Assembly: GCA_051313645.2 (NCBI GenBank)
Contig: JBNRSN020000003.1
Span: 395,870,001 to 395,934,000 of the forward strand
Origin: Centroscyllium fabricii
Taxonomy: Eukaryota
Length of the DNA: 64,000 bases
Direction of reading: 5' to 3'
Shown: positions 10,880 through 22,124 of the stretch, piece after piece
How positions within the stretch are numbered: the first letter of the stretch is position 1
Layout of the letters: each line of letters opens with the position of its first letter
Position numbers and translations under genes: made by a program
Notes under the pieces: generated by a model
The model's input: the letters and a program-made list of their open reading frames with translations, nothing else
Database searches by the model: none
What the model was told of the DNA's origin: nothing

Positions 10880-11640
10880 ACTCAAGTTTACACCTTATAC
10901 CGGGAGGGAGCCCGGTAAGGCGGGAAGATGCGGGGCGCCGATCAGCCGATGGGAGTGAGAGCGGGGAGCTCGGAGGACTTGAGGAGATTTGGGACGGCGC
11001 CGGGCCGAGAGCTAGGCCCCAGGTTTCGGGGGGGCCGGAGGGTGCTGGCTAGGCCCCAGGCCCGGAGCTCGGCAGAGCCGGAGGGTGCTGGTTAGGCCCC
11101 AGGCCCCAGGTTCGGAACTCGGGGGAGCCGGAGGGTGCTGGCTAGGCCCCAGGCCCCAGGCCTCAGGTTCAGAGCTCGGGGGAGCCGAAGGGTGCTGGCT
11201 AGGCCCCAGGCCTCAGGCCCGGAGTTCGGAGCTCGGGGGAGTCGGGATGGCGCCTGGACGAGAGATAGGCCCCAGGCCTTAGGATTCTACTCCTGGAGTT
11301 CGGAGCTCCGTCGATTCGGGGGAGCCGGCATGGTTTTGGGCCGATAGGAGTCCAGTCAAGAGAAACAACGGAAGGAACAGTGGCAGAGCAAGTTAACGGA
11401 GCAGTAGAGGACAATTAATATCGAAATGAGAGGCCGGAGCAGGAATGGGACCCACGATGATGGCGCCGGAGAATGGCTGACGTCTTGCGGGCTCGTGCGT
11501 GCCGGGCAGCTTAATGTCCTTGTTGCGCGGTTGTTGCTCTGTGCGTTCGGATAGGAGTAAGCATTTCACTGTCTAGATTGTATTTAGTACATGTGACAAT
11601 AAAGTTGAACTTGAAATTGAACTTGAACTTATAGTTGAAC
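10880..11640 (+). mobile_element. Non-coding retroposon with GC-rich VNTR and Rex1-like 3' tail
   Basis: About 5 copies of a ~55-60-bp unit (ggagccggagggtgctggctaggccccagg) at 11010-11340. Ends catttcactgt..tgacAATAAA(gttgaac/ttgaa)n, like the Rex1 tail at 41165-41200. Confidence 0.6.
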
Positions 11641-12352
11641 CCATTATTTTACATGGGGTTGAAGTAAGACTGATGGGTTTGTAATTGACTTTGTCTAATT
11701 TGTCATCCTTTTTGAATATGGGCTCCACTTTAGCCCTTTTTTGATCTACTGGTGTTTCCACATTGTCCAGTGACTCCTTCATAATGATTTCAAGGCTTCA
11801 GAAATCGCTTCTCCAGTCACTATTTGCACTCCTGAGATAAATACCATCTAACTGTGGGGATTGTTGATTTTGAACCCATTTATCTTGGCTAGGATTTCCA
11901 TCTCATTTATATCAAAGTCATTAACTTTGGCTTGTTTTTTCTGTGGTTGGCAGGCTGTTCATGCCTTCCCTTGTGAATACTTGGATGAAGTAATCATTCA
12001 GAATGTTTACTTTCTTGTGCTCATCCTTATTTTCAAGTCTATTTGCATCCTTTATGCATCTCACCTCTGACTGCCATCTTACTGTTGGAATACTGAACAA
12101 ATTTCTTACTCTTGAGATTTATATCTGCAGCTTGGATTTTTTCCAGGTCTCATTGCCCCTTCTGATCAAAACGTTAACATATTTCTGCATGTTTCTACAC
12201 TCATGTCACTGAACACCTTCCTTTTCCTCCCTGTAGCATTTGCACAGGTTATTTGTCCTCTTTGTTTCACTTCAGACTTATTTACTAATCCATTTAGGAT
12301 CATGTTTGATTTGTCTGAACTTGCTGGTTCTAGCAATGTATTTACCCCGAAT

Positions 12353-12731
12353 GCTCTGGAGAGAAGAAGGGCAAGGGGAGACCTGATAGAGGTATTCAAA
12401 ATGATGAAGGGCATTGACCAGGTGGACATACAGAGACTGTTTCCAAGGATGGGGGAGATAGGAACGAGAGGTCACAAGTATAAAATACAGGGAGGAAAGT
12501 TCAGAAGGGATGGAAGAGGGGGGTTCTTCACGCAGAGGGTTGTGGGAGATTGGAATAGGCTGCCGGCACGGATTGTAGAGGCAGGCAGCCTGGAGGCGTT
12601 CAAGAGGAAACTGGATATCCACATGGGGAGAGAAGGGTATTAGAAGGGAAGCTGGAGGGATCGGGCGGCACGACTTGTAGGCCGGCTGGCCTGTTCAAGT
12701 GCCGTAAATGTCTATTGTCTATTGTCTATTG
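12353..12731 (+). mobile_element. CR1 3' end, distinct subfamily with (ctattgt)n tail
   Basis: LERRRARGDLIEVFKMMKG..FFTQRVVGDWNRLP followed by a microsatellite tail. Confidence 0.88.
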
Positions 12732-12800
12732 ACACTTGTCCTCTACTGAAGTGTTGTTGAACAACTTCCCCCAATCGATTTGCTTCTGTATAGAAATATT

Positions 12801-13301
12801 AGCCCAGAAATTCCGATCGCCCCGGGTGAGTACGCGCTGGGTACTTACCCGTCGGCCCATCTGAAGTGCCGGTTTCATGCGTGCACAGCACATGCACGCG
12901 AAACCGGCACTTCCGATCCCCTGAAAGAAGGGGTCAGGTGTCGCATTGTGTGTGTGGCAGCGGGTGCGCAATGCACTTGCGATTTTTTCCACAGGTTTTT
13001 ATCCGGGTAAGTAGGTTACGTCTCCTATTTTCAAGCGCAAAGACCCCTTTTCAGCAGGTAAGTGTTGAAATAATTCAATTTTAAAAAAATATTTCCACAG
13101 GTTTTTCATTTTTAAATACTTTAAAGAAAGGTAAGTTGATTTTTAGCCCCGTTAAAAACTTCAATACTTTTTTTCAAAATTTTTAATTTTTATTTAAATT
13201 GGCTAATTTATGTAATTGATAGTTATTTAAAAAAATGTGATTAAAAAAAAATGTATTTGAAGGTTTACTGAGGTTTTGGGGCTTGTAGTATTCATAAGTT
13301 T
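12801..13301. mobile_element. MITE family B, copy B2, right-truncated
   Basis: att|AGCCCAGAAATT start; colinear with B1 until it stops inside the left arm of the internal palindrome (ttcataagttt). Confidence 0.8.
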
Positions 13302-13559
13302 AAGTTAAAACTGGTTAATAATTTTTATGTGTGGGAGGTAATGTTCATCTCCAACTTTGTTTCATTTGTGAAGCACCAGTACTTGAATCTAAAATGGCTC
13401 ATCTTTTGGATGCAGAAAAAGGCTTCTTCAGAGTGGACTGGGCATCTCTACTTGTGCTATTCTCATCAAATAGGTTTCTCTTTTGCAGTTCAATCCAGGC
13501 AATTGTTAATTACAAATGGGATGGTCCAGTTTATTTTAACCTCTTTACCCAGAGATTTG

Positions 13560-13785
13560 TTAGAATGTTGAAACTTGCTACCACATGTACTAGTTGAGGT
13601 GAATAGCACAGATGCATGTAAGGGACAACTAGATAAGTGCATGAGGGAGAAAGGAAAGGAAGGGTATGCTGATAGGGTTAGAGGAAGTAAAATGGGGGGA
13701 GGCTCGTGTGGAGCATAAATACTGGCATAGACCAGTTGGGCTGAATGGCCTGTTTCTGTGCTGTAAATGCTATGTCATTCTATGT
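13560..13785 (+). mobile_element. Degraded CR1 3' end
   Basis: ggaggctcgtgtggagcataa..gggctgaatggcctgtttctgtgctgtaaa-type tail. Confidence 0.65.
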
Positions 13786-13866
13786 AACCTGCATGTGCAG
13801 CAAGGGTGTATTTTTATCCTCACCACTATTTGCTTTAGTAAGAGAAACTCTGACAATACACATAAA

Positions 13867-15447
13867 GGGGGATTTTCACAAAGATGTGGGAAGCTGGCGG
13901 ATTTTGGGCGGGTCAGCTTTCTGGCCCGCCCGCCCAAGGACCTGGGAGGGCCGTATGATTTGGCCTTAATTGGCCACTTAAATCCCTGTTGGTCAGCGCC
14001 GTTTTGAATACACACTTCTCAGTCAGGAAGCATGGGGCGTCCTTGCAGATTCTGAATGGGGGCGGGCTTTTGATTGACAGGCCTCAACAGTTATAGAGTC
14101 ATAAAGTCATAGAGACATACAGCACAGAAAGAGGCCCTTCGGCCCATCACGTCCGTGCCGCCCATCCAAACCTAGTCTATTCTAATCCCACTTTCCTGCA
14201 TTTGGACCGTAGCCTTGTATGTTGTAACCTTTCAAGTGTACATCCAAATGCTTCTTGAACGTTGTGACTGTTCCCGCCTCTACCACCCTTTCAGGCAGTG
14301 AGTTCCAGACTCCAACCACCCTCTGGGTGAAAAAGTTCTTCCTCACATCCCCCCAAAACCTCCTGCCTCTCACCCTGTATCTATGCCCCCTCGTTATTGA
14401 CCCTTCCACCAATGAAAAAAGTTCCCCGCCCTCTACCTTATCTGCCCCTCATGATTTTGTACACCTCAATCATGTCCCCTCTCAGCCTCCTCTGCTCCAA
14501 GGAAAACAACCCCAGCCTGTCCAGTCTCTCCTCATAGCTGAAACTCTCCATCCCAGGCAACATCCTGGTGAATCTCCTCTGCACCCTCTCCAAAGCTATC
14601 ACATCCTTCCTATAGTGTGGCAACCAGAACTGCACACAATACTCCAGCTGTGGCCTCACCAGTGTTTTGTACAGCTCCATCATCACCTCCCTACTTTTAT
14701 ATTCTATGCCCCTGCTAATGAAGGCAAGTATCCCATATGCCTTCTTGACCACCCTACCTACCTGCCCTGCTGCCTTCAAGGACTTTAGTAGTTGTAGTTG
14801 CTCAGAAACCACTAAGCCAGATTGACAGTTCTGAAGTGGTTGCTTTGTTTCAATGTTGACAGAGGTTTGTGCTCTCACAGGCGAAAGCAAACATTGTAAC
14901 CACAAAGCAAACAGTTCAAGTGGTTCACTGTTTGTTTGTGGCTTCAATGGAATGTAAACAGAAACTGATCCCCTGGGTGATTGACAGCTTGCTTCACAGA
15001 CCATGCTGGCAGTGCGATCTCTGTGAATGGCTGGGACGCAGATGAAGGTGAGTGATCTCTACTTTTTGGGGCACTGCATTTTCCACACTTGGGTGGGAGC
15101 TGCACCTCCAGCATGGTGGAGGCTAGTAAGCTGCTGTGTGGCTACTGTGCCCATGCCTTGAAGGTGGCAGTCACCCAGTCGATTGGGTGCCCACCACCTT
15201 TCAACGGCGGGGTTCCCACCAGGCGGGTTTTGGGTGGGAAGAGGGTGAAAATAGCTGAGGGCCCTTAAAATAGGATTACCCATCCAATTAAGGGCCCTCA
15301 ACGAGCTCATTGAGCAACCCCGCTGGTGGCTGGTGGGAAACATTCGGGGCGGGAAAACCCGCCCGAGGAAACTGGCAAATCGGTGGGGTGCAGCGGGGTG
15401 GGTTCCCGCTGGAAACCCGCACTCAGGGACCTCCGAAAATCCCCCCC
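13867..15447. mobile_element. Harbinger-type MITE family C with nested CR1
   Basis: TIRs GGGGGATTTTC / GAAAATCCCCC; arms homologous to 41853-42689. Confidence 0.7.
14093..14783 (-). mobile_element. CR1 3' fragment nested in a MITE
   Basis: KKAYGILAFISRGIEYKSREV..LEQRRLRGD; (ctatgact)n tail. Confidence 0.92.
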
Positions 15448-15559
15448 AAACCGACATTGTTGGGTTTGAAAACACAGATAGAGAACGGAAACTCTCGCAT
15501 TGTGCTGATGAGGCATTATGATATATCTTCAACCTGCTACTCTCGCTTTTGTGTGCTAC

Positions 15560-16775
15560 AGGAACATATAGGAACAGGAGTAGGCCATTTAGTCCTTCGA
15601 GCCTGTTCTGCCAGTCAATGAGATTGTGGCAGATCTGTAACCCAAATTCATATACCTGCCTTTGTCCCATATTCCTTAATACATTTGATTAACAGAAATC
15701 TATCAATCTCAGATTTAAAATGAACAATTGACTTAAAATCAACTGCTGTTGTGGAAATTCCAAACTTCTACCACTATTTGCATGTAAAAGTGTTTCCTAA
15801 CTTCTCTCTAAAAAGGCCCCGCTCTAAGTATTAGGCTATGCCACCAAGTCCTAGATTCCCAACCAGCGGAAGTCGTTTCTTTCTATCTACCCTATCAGCT
15901 CCCCTTAATATCTTGAAAACTCCAATTTCTCCTCATAATTTAACCCTCGGAGTCCAGGTATCATTCTGGTAAATATACGCTGCACTCCCTCCAAGGTCAC
16001 TACAGTACAGGTTGAGCACCGTTAATCCGGACACTGTTTGTCTGGCAACTTCAAACGCCCGGCACGAATCTGGCCGGCTGGCGCGCGAATGCGCAAAATG
16101 GCCGCTGCGCTTGGCTGCGCATGCCCAGGCCTCTCCCCGACTGCCCGACTGCTTTGCGCATGCGCAAAATGGCCACCGCGCATGACTGCGCATGCCCAGG
16201 CCTCTGCCCGACTGCCCTGCGCATGCGCAAAATGGCCGTCGCGCATGGCTGCGCATGCCCAGACCGCCCCGATTGGTCTGCGCATGCGCAGTAAGGCTGC
16301 CGCACTTGGCTGCGCATGCTCAGGCCTCACCGACTGATCTGCGCATGCGCAATACGGCCGCTGCGCTTGGCTGCGCATGCCCGGGCCTCGCCCCGAACGA
16401 TTGATGCTTTGGCGAGCACTTGCGCAGACCATTCAAAATTTAGCGGTGGCCATTTTGAATGGTCTGCGCATGCACTCGGCGAACTTCAATCATTCAGAGT
16501 TTTCAAAAATTCGGCACGGTCCTGGTCCCAGCCGTGCTGGATTAACGGTGCTCCACCTGTATATCCTTCCTGAGGTGTGGTGCACAGAACAGCTCCCAGT
16601 GCTCCAGGTGTGGTCTAACCAGGTCTTTCTTTAGCTGCAGCATAACTTCTACCCCCTTGTATTCTAGTTCTCTAGATATAAAGGCCAGCATTCCAGTAGC
16701 CTTTTTGATTATTTTCTGTACCTGTCCATGACATTTTATCATCTATGTACCTGGACCTCTAAGTTTCTTTGAACC
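15560..16775 (-). mobile_element. Degraded CR1 3' fragment interrupted by a TA-MITE
   Basis: CR1 tail at 15560-15640; KKATGMLAFISRELEYK..LVRPHLE at 16542-16742. Confidence 0.8.
16008..16559. mobile_element. Tc1/mariner (pogo/Tigger-like) MITE with GCGCATGCGC tandem array
   Basis: TIR CAGGT(T/G)GAGCACCGTTAATCC, TA on both sides; ~60-bp internal repeats. Confidence 0.85.
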
Positions 16776-16994
16776 TATTGTCTGTCAAAATGGAGGCAAT
16801 GACGCTGGACCGCATATCCTCTAGAGATAATTTTCTTTTTAAACAGGTTACAGTTTCAGATAGGAGAGCTGAAAATGTGTATTCAGTGATTCTCTATTTA
16901 AAAGGATTTATTTCTGAGTAGTCGAAACGTCTACTCTGGGTGAAACAATCTCTTTTCCCTTATTGTCTGAGAATATTCCAGTTTCATACTTATT

Positions 16995-17252
16995 TAGAAA
17001 CATAGAAACATAGAAGATAGGAGCAGGAGTAGGGCATTCGGCCCTTCGAGCCTGCTCCGCCATTCAATGAGATCATGGCTGATCATCCAAACTCAGTACC
17101 CTGTCCCTGCCTTGTCCCCATATCCCTCGATCCCTATCGAGCCTGCACCGACACATATCCCACCCTATCCCCGCAACCCCACACATTCAATCTCCCTAAC
17201 ACTAAGGGTCAATTTATCATGGCCAATCAACCTAACCCGCACATCTTTGGAC
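16995..17252 (-). mobile_element. HE1-like SINE 3' portion
   Basis: Reverse complement of 8635-8880-type sequence. Confidence 0.8.
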
Positions 17253-17262
17253 TTTTGTGCTT

Positions 17263-18375
17263 ATAAGAACATAAGAACATAAGAAATAGGAGCAGGAGTA
17301 GGCCAATCGGCCCCTCGAGCCTGCTCCGCCATTCAACAAGATCATGGCTGATCTGATCCTAACCTCAATTTTATTTTTACTCTCCACCCCGCCCAGACCA
17401 ATGTGATCACCTGGGAGAGGTGAAAAACCAGATTTAAAAAAAAAAAAACAGTAGCCAATTTGGGAGAAAAAAAATCAGGAAAATTCCTCTCCGACCCATC
17501 TAGGCGATTGAAAACTGGTCCAGGAGATCACATGGCCGATCTGAACCTAGCCTCACGTCCACTTACCAGCCCGTTCACCATAACCCCTAATTCCCTTTAA
17601 TTCCAGGAAACTGTCTATCTCAGTTTTAAATTTATTCAACGTAGTAGCTTCTACAGCTCTCTGGGGCAGCAAATTCCACAGCCGCACCACCCTCTGAGTA
17701 AAGAAGTTCCCCCTCATCTCAGTTTTGAAATGGGAGCCCCTTATTTTAAGATTATGCCCCCTAGTCCTAGTGTCACCCACCATTGGGAACATCCTCACCG
17801 CATCCACCCGATCAAGCCCTCTCACAATCTTATATATTTCAATAAGATCGCCTCTCATTCTTCTGAACTCCAATGAGTAGAGGCTCAATCCACTCAGCCT
17901 CTCGTCATATGTTAGCCCCCTCATCCCCGGAATTAACCTAGTGAACCTTCTCTGCACTGCCTCGAGAGCAAGTATGTCCTTTCTTAAATAGGGTCACCAG
18001 AACTGCACGCAGTATTCCAGGTGTGGTCTCACCAATACCCTGTACAACTGCAGCAAGACCTCCCTGCTTTTATACTCAATCCCCTTAGCAATAAAAGCCA
18101 ACATTCCGTTGGCCTTCCTTACCACCTGCTGCACCTGCATATTAACTTTCTGTGTCCCCTGCACCAGGACCCCCAGATCCCTTTGCACTGAAGTACTTTC
18201 CAGTTCCTTTCCATTTAGATAATAACTCGCTCTATTATTTTTCCTGCCAAAGTGCATAACTTCACATTTTCCAGTATTATACTCCATCTGCCAAATCTCT
18301 GCCCACTCACTTAGCCTATCTATGTCCTTTTGCAGGTTTTTAATGTCCTCCTCATTCATCACCCTCCCTCCCAGT
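17263..18375 (-). mobile_element. CR1 3' fragment with long 3'UTR and (ttcttatg)n tail
   Basis: ORFs 17994-18362 and 17553-17957 encode the CR1 ORF2 C-terminus, ending GYGERAGKWT. Confidence 0.93.
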
Positions 18376-19110
18376 TATCAAAGTGAGAGTTATGAATTGG
18401 TGAATGGAAGACATTTTATTTCAACACCTACTGCCAGAATCAAGCATTTCCTGATCAGCTATAGCATGGGTTAGACACATTGTAGATCTGCTTGACTCTG
18501 CCCTAACAACTTGCTTTAGCCCCAATCTGAGAAGAACAGTCCTCACTGCAACAGTGTGACATTTTTCCGTTCTTCACACCAGTCTCTCTTGAGTACGATT
18601 AGCAATTTGTGTTCAAATTACGGGCAATTTTATGCTGTGGCCCATACCCACAAGGAACTAGACTGAGACGGCCCAAACTCAATTCACCTGGAACCTTTAC
18701 AGGCCCTTGGGCCGTGATTTTGCCAGTGCTCAGAGGGCGGGTTTGGAGGTGGGTCAGAAGTTTAAACCCAAATGATTGATGGCGGGTTGCGAACCCGTCG
18801 CCATCCCGCCTCCACACAACTTCGCAAAGTGTCGGGTCCACGAGTCCCGATCAGACTTGACACCAAGCGTTGGGAGAAGCACTTACGGCAGTTAACAGCT
18901 CGTTAACTGCCTAGATAATCCCTTTTTTACTGTCTCTTCCCATTTTATTACATTTTCAGCGTGTTGCCTGTCGTGCAACAAACAGAACTTTGTGCTTTGA
19001 GGCTTTGAAACACATTTTGCAGGTCTATTGAGCTTGTGAGTGTTTAAGCTGAGATCAATATGCACTGTGACCTCCTTGGAAGACCCTTTGGCCACATTAA
19101 CTGAGATCTT

Positions 19111-20490
19111 ATAACATCTGTAGTAGGGAAAGTAATGGAAAAAATTCTGAGGGACAAAATCAGCTCGCATTTGGACAAACAAGGTCTCATAAGGGACAGT
19201 CAGCATGGCTTCGTCAAAGGTAAGTCGTGCCTGACTAACCTGTTGGAATTCTTTGAGGAGGTAACAAAGAGGGTGGATGAAGGGAGTACTGTGGACGTAG
19301 TGTATATGGACTTTAGCAAAGCTTTTGATAAAGTCCCACATAGGAGACTAATAACAAAGGTTAGAGCGCACGGGATTCAGGGCAACTTGGCACAGTGGAT
19401 CGAAAATTGGCTAGGGGATAGGAGACAGAGGGTAATGGTAGAGGGCTGCTTCTGTGACTGGAAACCAGTAACCAGTGGTGTCCCCCAGGGATCGGTTTTG
19501 GGACCCTTACTGTTTCTAGTATACATCAACGATTTGGATATGGGAGTAGGGGGTATGATCAGCAAATTCGCTGATGATACAAAAATCGGAAGGGTGGTAA
19601 ACAACGATGAGGATAGTAAGGGGCTTCAGGAGGATATAGATCTAATGGTTAATTGGGCAGAAAAATGGCAAATGGAGTTCAACCCAGAGAAATGCGAGGT
19701 CATTCAATTCGGTAGACCAAATGGGGTAAGGGAATATACCATGAACAACAAAACGTTAAATAGGACCGAGGAACAGAGGGACCTAGGGGTACAGGTGCAC
19801 AGCTCCCTGAAGGTTGCTGGACACGTTAACAAGGTGGTTAAGAAGGCATACGGAATTCTGGCCTTTATTAACCAGGGCATAGTATACAAAAGTAGGGAGG
19901 TAATGTTAAACTTGTATAATACACTGGTGAGACCCCAGCTGGAGTACTGTGTGCAGTTCTGGTCACCGCACTTCAGGAAGGACGTGGTTGCCCTGGAAAG
20001 GGTGCAGAGAAGGTTTACCAGGATGATACCTGGTCTGGGGGACTTATGCTACGAAGAGAGGCTGGACAGGCTGGGGTTGTTTGCCCTGGAGAAGAGAAGG
20101 TGGAGGGGTGACATGATTGAGGTCTACAAGATCATGAGAGGACACGATAGGGTAGACAAAGGGGCATTGTTTCCATTGGTGGGAGAGTCAAGTACTAGGG
20201 GACATAGATTCAAGATTAGGGGAGGGAGGTTTAGGGGGGAGGTAAGGAGAAATTTCTTTACCCAGAGGGTGGTGGAAGTCTGGAACTCCCTGCCTGTAAG
20301 GGTGGTGGAAACAGAAACCATCGCAACATTTAAAAAATATTTGGACCAGCACATGAAGGACCATAACATACAGGGTTATGGGCCAGGTGCGGGCAAATGG
20401 GGTTAGTATAGCGAGGAGTTTCCTGGGCCAGTGCGGACTGGATGGGCCGAATGGCCCTTATCCGCACTGTAAAATTTCTATGATTCTATG
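19111..20490 (+). mobile_element. CR1 LINE, 5'-truncated
   Basis: Contains the open RT frame below; (attctatg)n tail. Confidence 0.95.
19135..20406 (+). CDS. CR1 ORF2 reverse transcriptase, C-terminal 423 aa (uninterrupted)
   Basis: QHGF..SCLTNL, YMDFSKAFDKV, SGVPQGSVLGP, FADD. Confidence 0.9.
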   Translation: MEKILRDKISSHLDKQGLIRDSQHGFVKGKSCLTNLLEFFEEVTKRVDEGSTVDVVYMDFSKAFDKVPHRRLITKVRAHGIQGNLAQWIENWLGDRRQRVMVEGCFCDWKPVTSGVPQGSVLGPLLFLVYINDLDMGVGGMISKFADDTKIGRVVNNDEDSKGLQEDIDLMVNWAEKWQMEFNPEKCEVIQFGRPNGVREYTMNNKTLNRTEEQRDLGVQVHSSLKVAGHVNKVVKKAYGILAFINQGIVYKSREVMLNLYNTLVRPQLEYCVQFWSPHFRKDVVALERVQRRFTRMIPGLGDLCYEERLDRLGLFALEKRRWRGDMIEVYKIMRGHDRVDKGALFPLVGESSTRGHRFKIRGGRFRGEVRRNFFTQRVVEVWNSLPVRVVETETIATFKKYLDQHMKDHNIQGYGPGAGKWG

Positions 20491-20523
20491 ATCTCTTCCT
20501 CAACTGAGATATATGCCAGTGGG

Positions 20524-21550
20524 ATGGGAACCATTTATATCCTCTCATCCTGGTCCACAGAATCGGATGAAGAGCAGCCGTGGCAGCATCAGAACCAGGC
20601 ACAACAGCAACAGCAACAACAGGAGCAACAACTTTCTCCTCAGCCAGCTGATGATGCACAGGGCAGAGGCCATCAGTGCAGGGCTGCAACACCCCTCAGG
20701 AGATACCTCCAACACCGTATTTACAGGCAGAGGATGAGCTCCCTCAACATGATTGAGCAGCAGTACCAAAGCCTAGGCTGAGACTTCTGTGAGAGGTAGT
20801 CGCTGACATCTGCGCGATGCTGCACCAACACCTGGAGCCCAGAGAAGCGGGTGGCTACTCCATACCAGTGGCTGTCAAAGTCACCACCGCACTCAACTTC
20901 TTTGCTTTGGGCTCCTTCCAAGCATCATCAACAGACATTAGCGGCATCTCCCAGTTGGCCGCACACACTTGCATCACACAGGTTACCGCTGCCCTCTTTG
21001 CAAAGTCACACAATGACATCCACTTCTCCATGGTTGAAGCAAGTGTAACGGCGCGTGCAGTTGGCTTTGCAAATATGGTAGGCTTCCCAAGGGTGCAGGG
21101 CGTTGTAGACTGCACACATGTGGCCATTAGAGCACCCCATCACAATCCAGCTGTATTTGTCAACCATAGGGGATTCCACTCCCATAATGTCCAGCTGGTG
21201 TGTAACCACAGAAAGAACCTTTGCATGTGTGCGTCAAATTCCCTGGCAATTGCCATGACTCGTTCATCCTGCGGCAGTCTACTGTGCCTCAGCTCTTCAA
21301 TCCACCAACCCAACTTTCCAGATGGCTACTTGGAGACAAGGGCTATTCCCTGAAGACGTGGCTATTGACACCGATGAGGAGGCCATCAAACGAAGCTGAG
21401 GAGTGGTACAATGTGAGCCATGTTTCCACCAGGAACATCATTGAGCAAACCATCAGCTTGCTCAAAATGCGATTCAGATGCCTCGACAGATCTGGTGGAC
21501 CCCTACAGTATGCACCAGCCAGGGTCTCCAGAATCATTGTGGTCTGTTGT
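20524..21550 (+). pseudogene. Harbinger DDE transposase (HARBI1-like family), frameshifted and 3'-truncated
   Basis: [80 protein letters not shown]; poly-Q N-terminus. Confidence 0.92.
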
Positions 21551-22124
21551 CAAATGGGGCGCAACCCAATTTTTCCCCCTTTACCTTTTTGAGCATCATT
21601 GGTCCAATGTTGAACTCAAACTAGTTTTATTACATGTTAGATCTTCTGATGAAGGTCTCTTCACATCCAAGTGTGGATGGCCTGTTAACATATGTGGTTC
21701 AATGGATGCATTTATTAATGTATCCCTATGCACTGACCCTATGACATGGAAATGAATTAACTTCACATTTAATTTGGCTGCAGATTTTCTGGAAAATTGT
21801 TCAAGCAGACCAAAGCAGGAAACACTCCTGCCTCAAATATTGAAAACTTGATCAATCTTTGAACCCAGCGTTCTCTACTTTCTCCTTCCCCATCCTTTAC
21901 TCCTTGTTGGATTGTGCATTCTCTTACCAAACAGATTTACCAAATGTTCTTTCCAGGGGCAGCCTCTTCTCTTACCCATCTCTTACTAATTGATGTACGT
22001 ACTTGACTGTCAGGCAAGCTAGGGTTAGCTTTGTGTTGTATAAGTGGCTTAATTCCTGCTTGTTATGCCTATTTTCTATACTATGTTCACTTTGTACATG
22101 TATATATTTTTCTTTATTGTTATT

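Larger units (their letters stand above)
9560..12300 (-). mobile_element. Old, degraded CR1 ORF2 fragment hosting two younger insertions
   Basis: LGPRLFRIYIND..RFADGAK (9649-9855) and KRAKVEPIFKKDDK..NYKPISLTS (11573-11782). Confidence 0.7.
18710..21579 (+). mobile_element. PIF/Harbinger transposon remnant (transposase side) with nested CR1
   Basis: Left terminus GGCCGTGATTTTGCC and subterminal region homologous to the reverse complement of 54660-54752 and 56852-56866. Transposase lies downstream; ends in the TIR GGGCGCAACCCAATTTTTCCCCC. Confidence 0.8.

Noticed and set aside
20817-21592. Domesticated HARBI1 host gene
   Set aside because: Frameshifted, truncated, interrupted upstream by CR1 and bounded by transposon termini.
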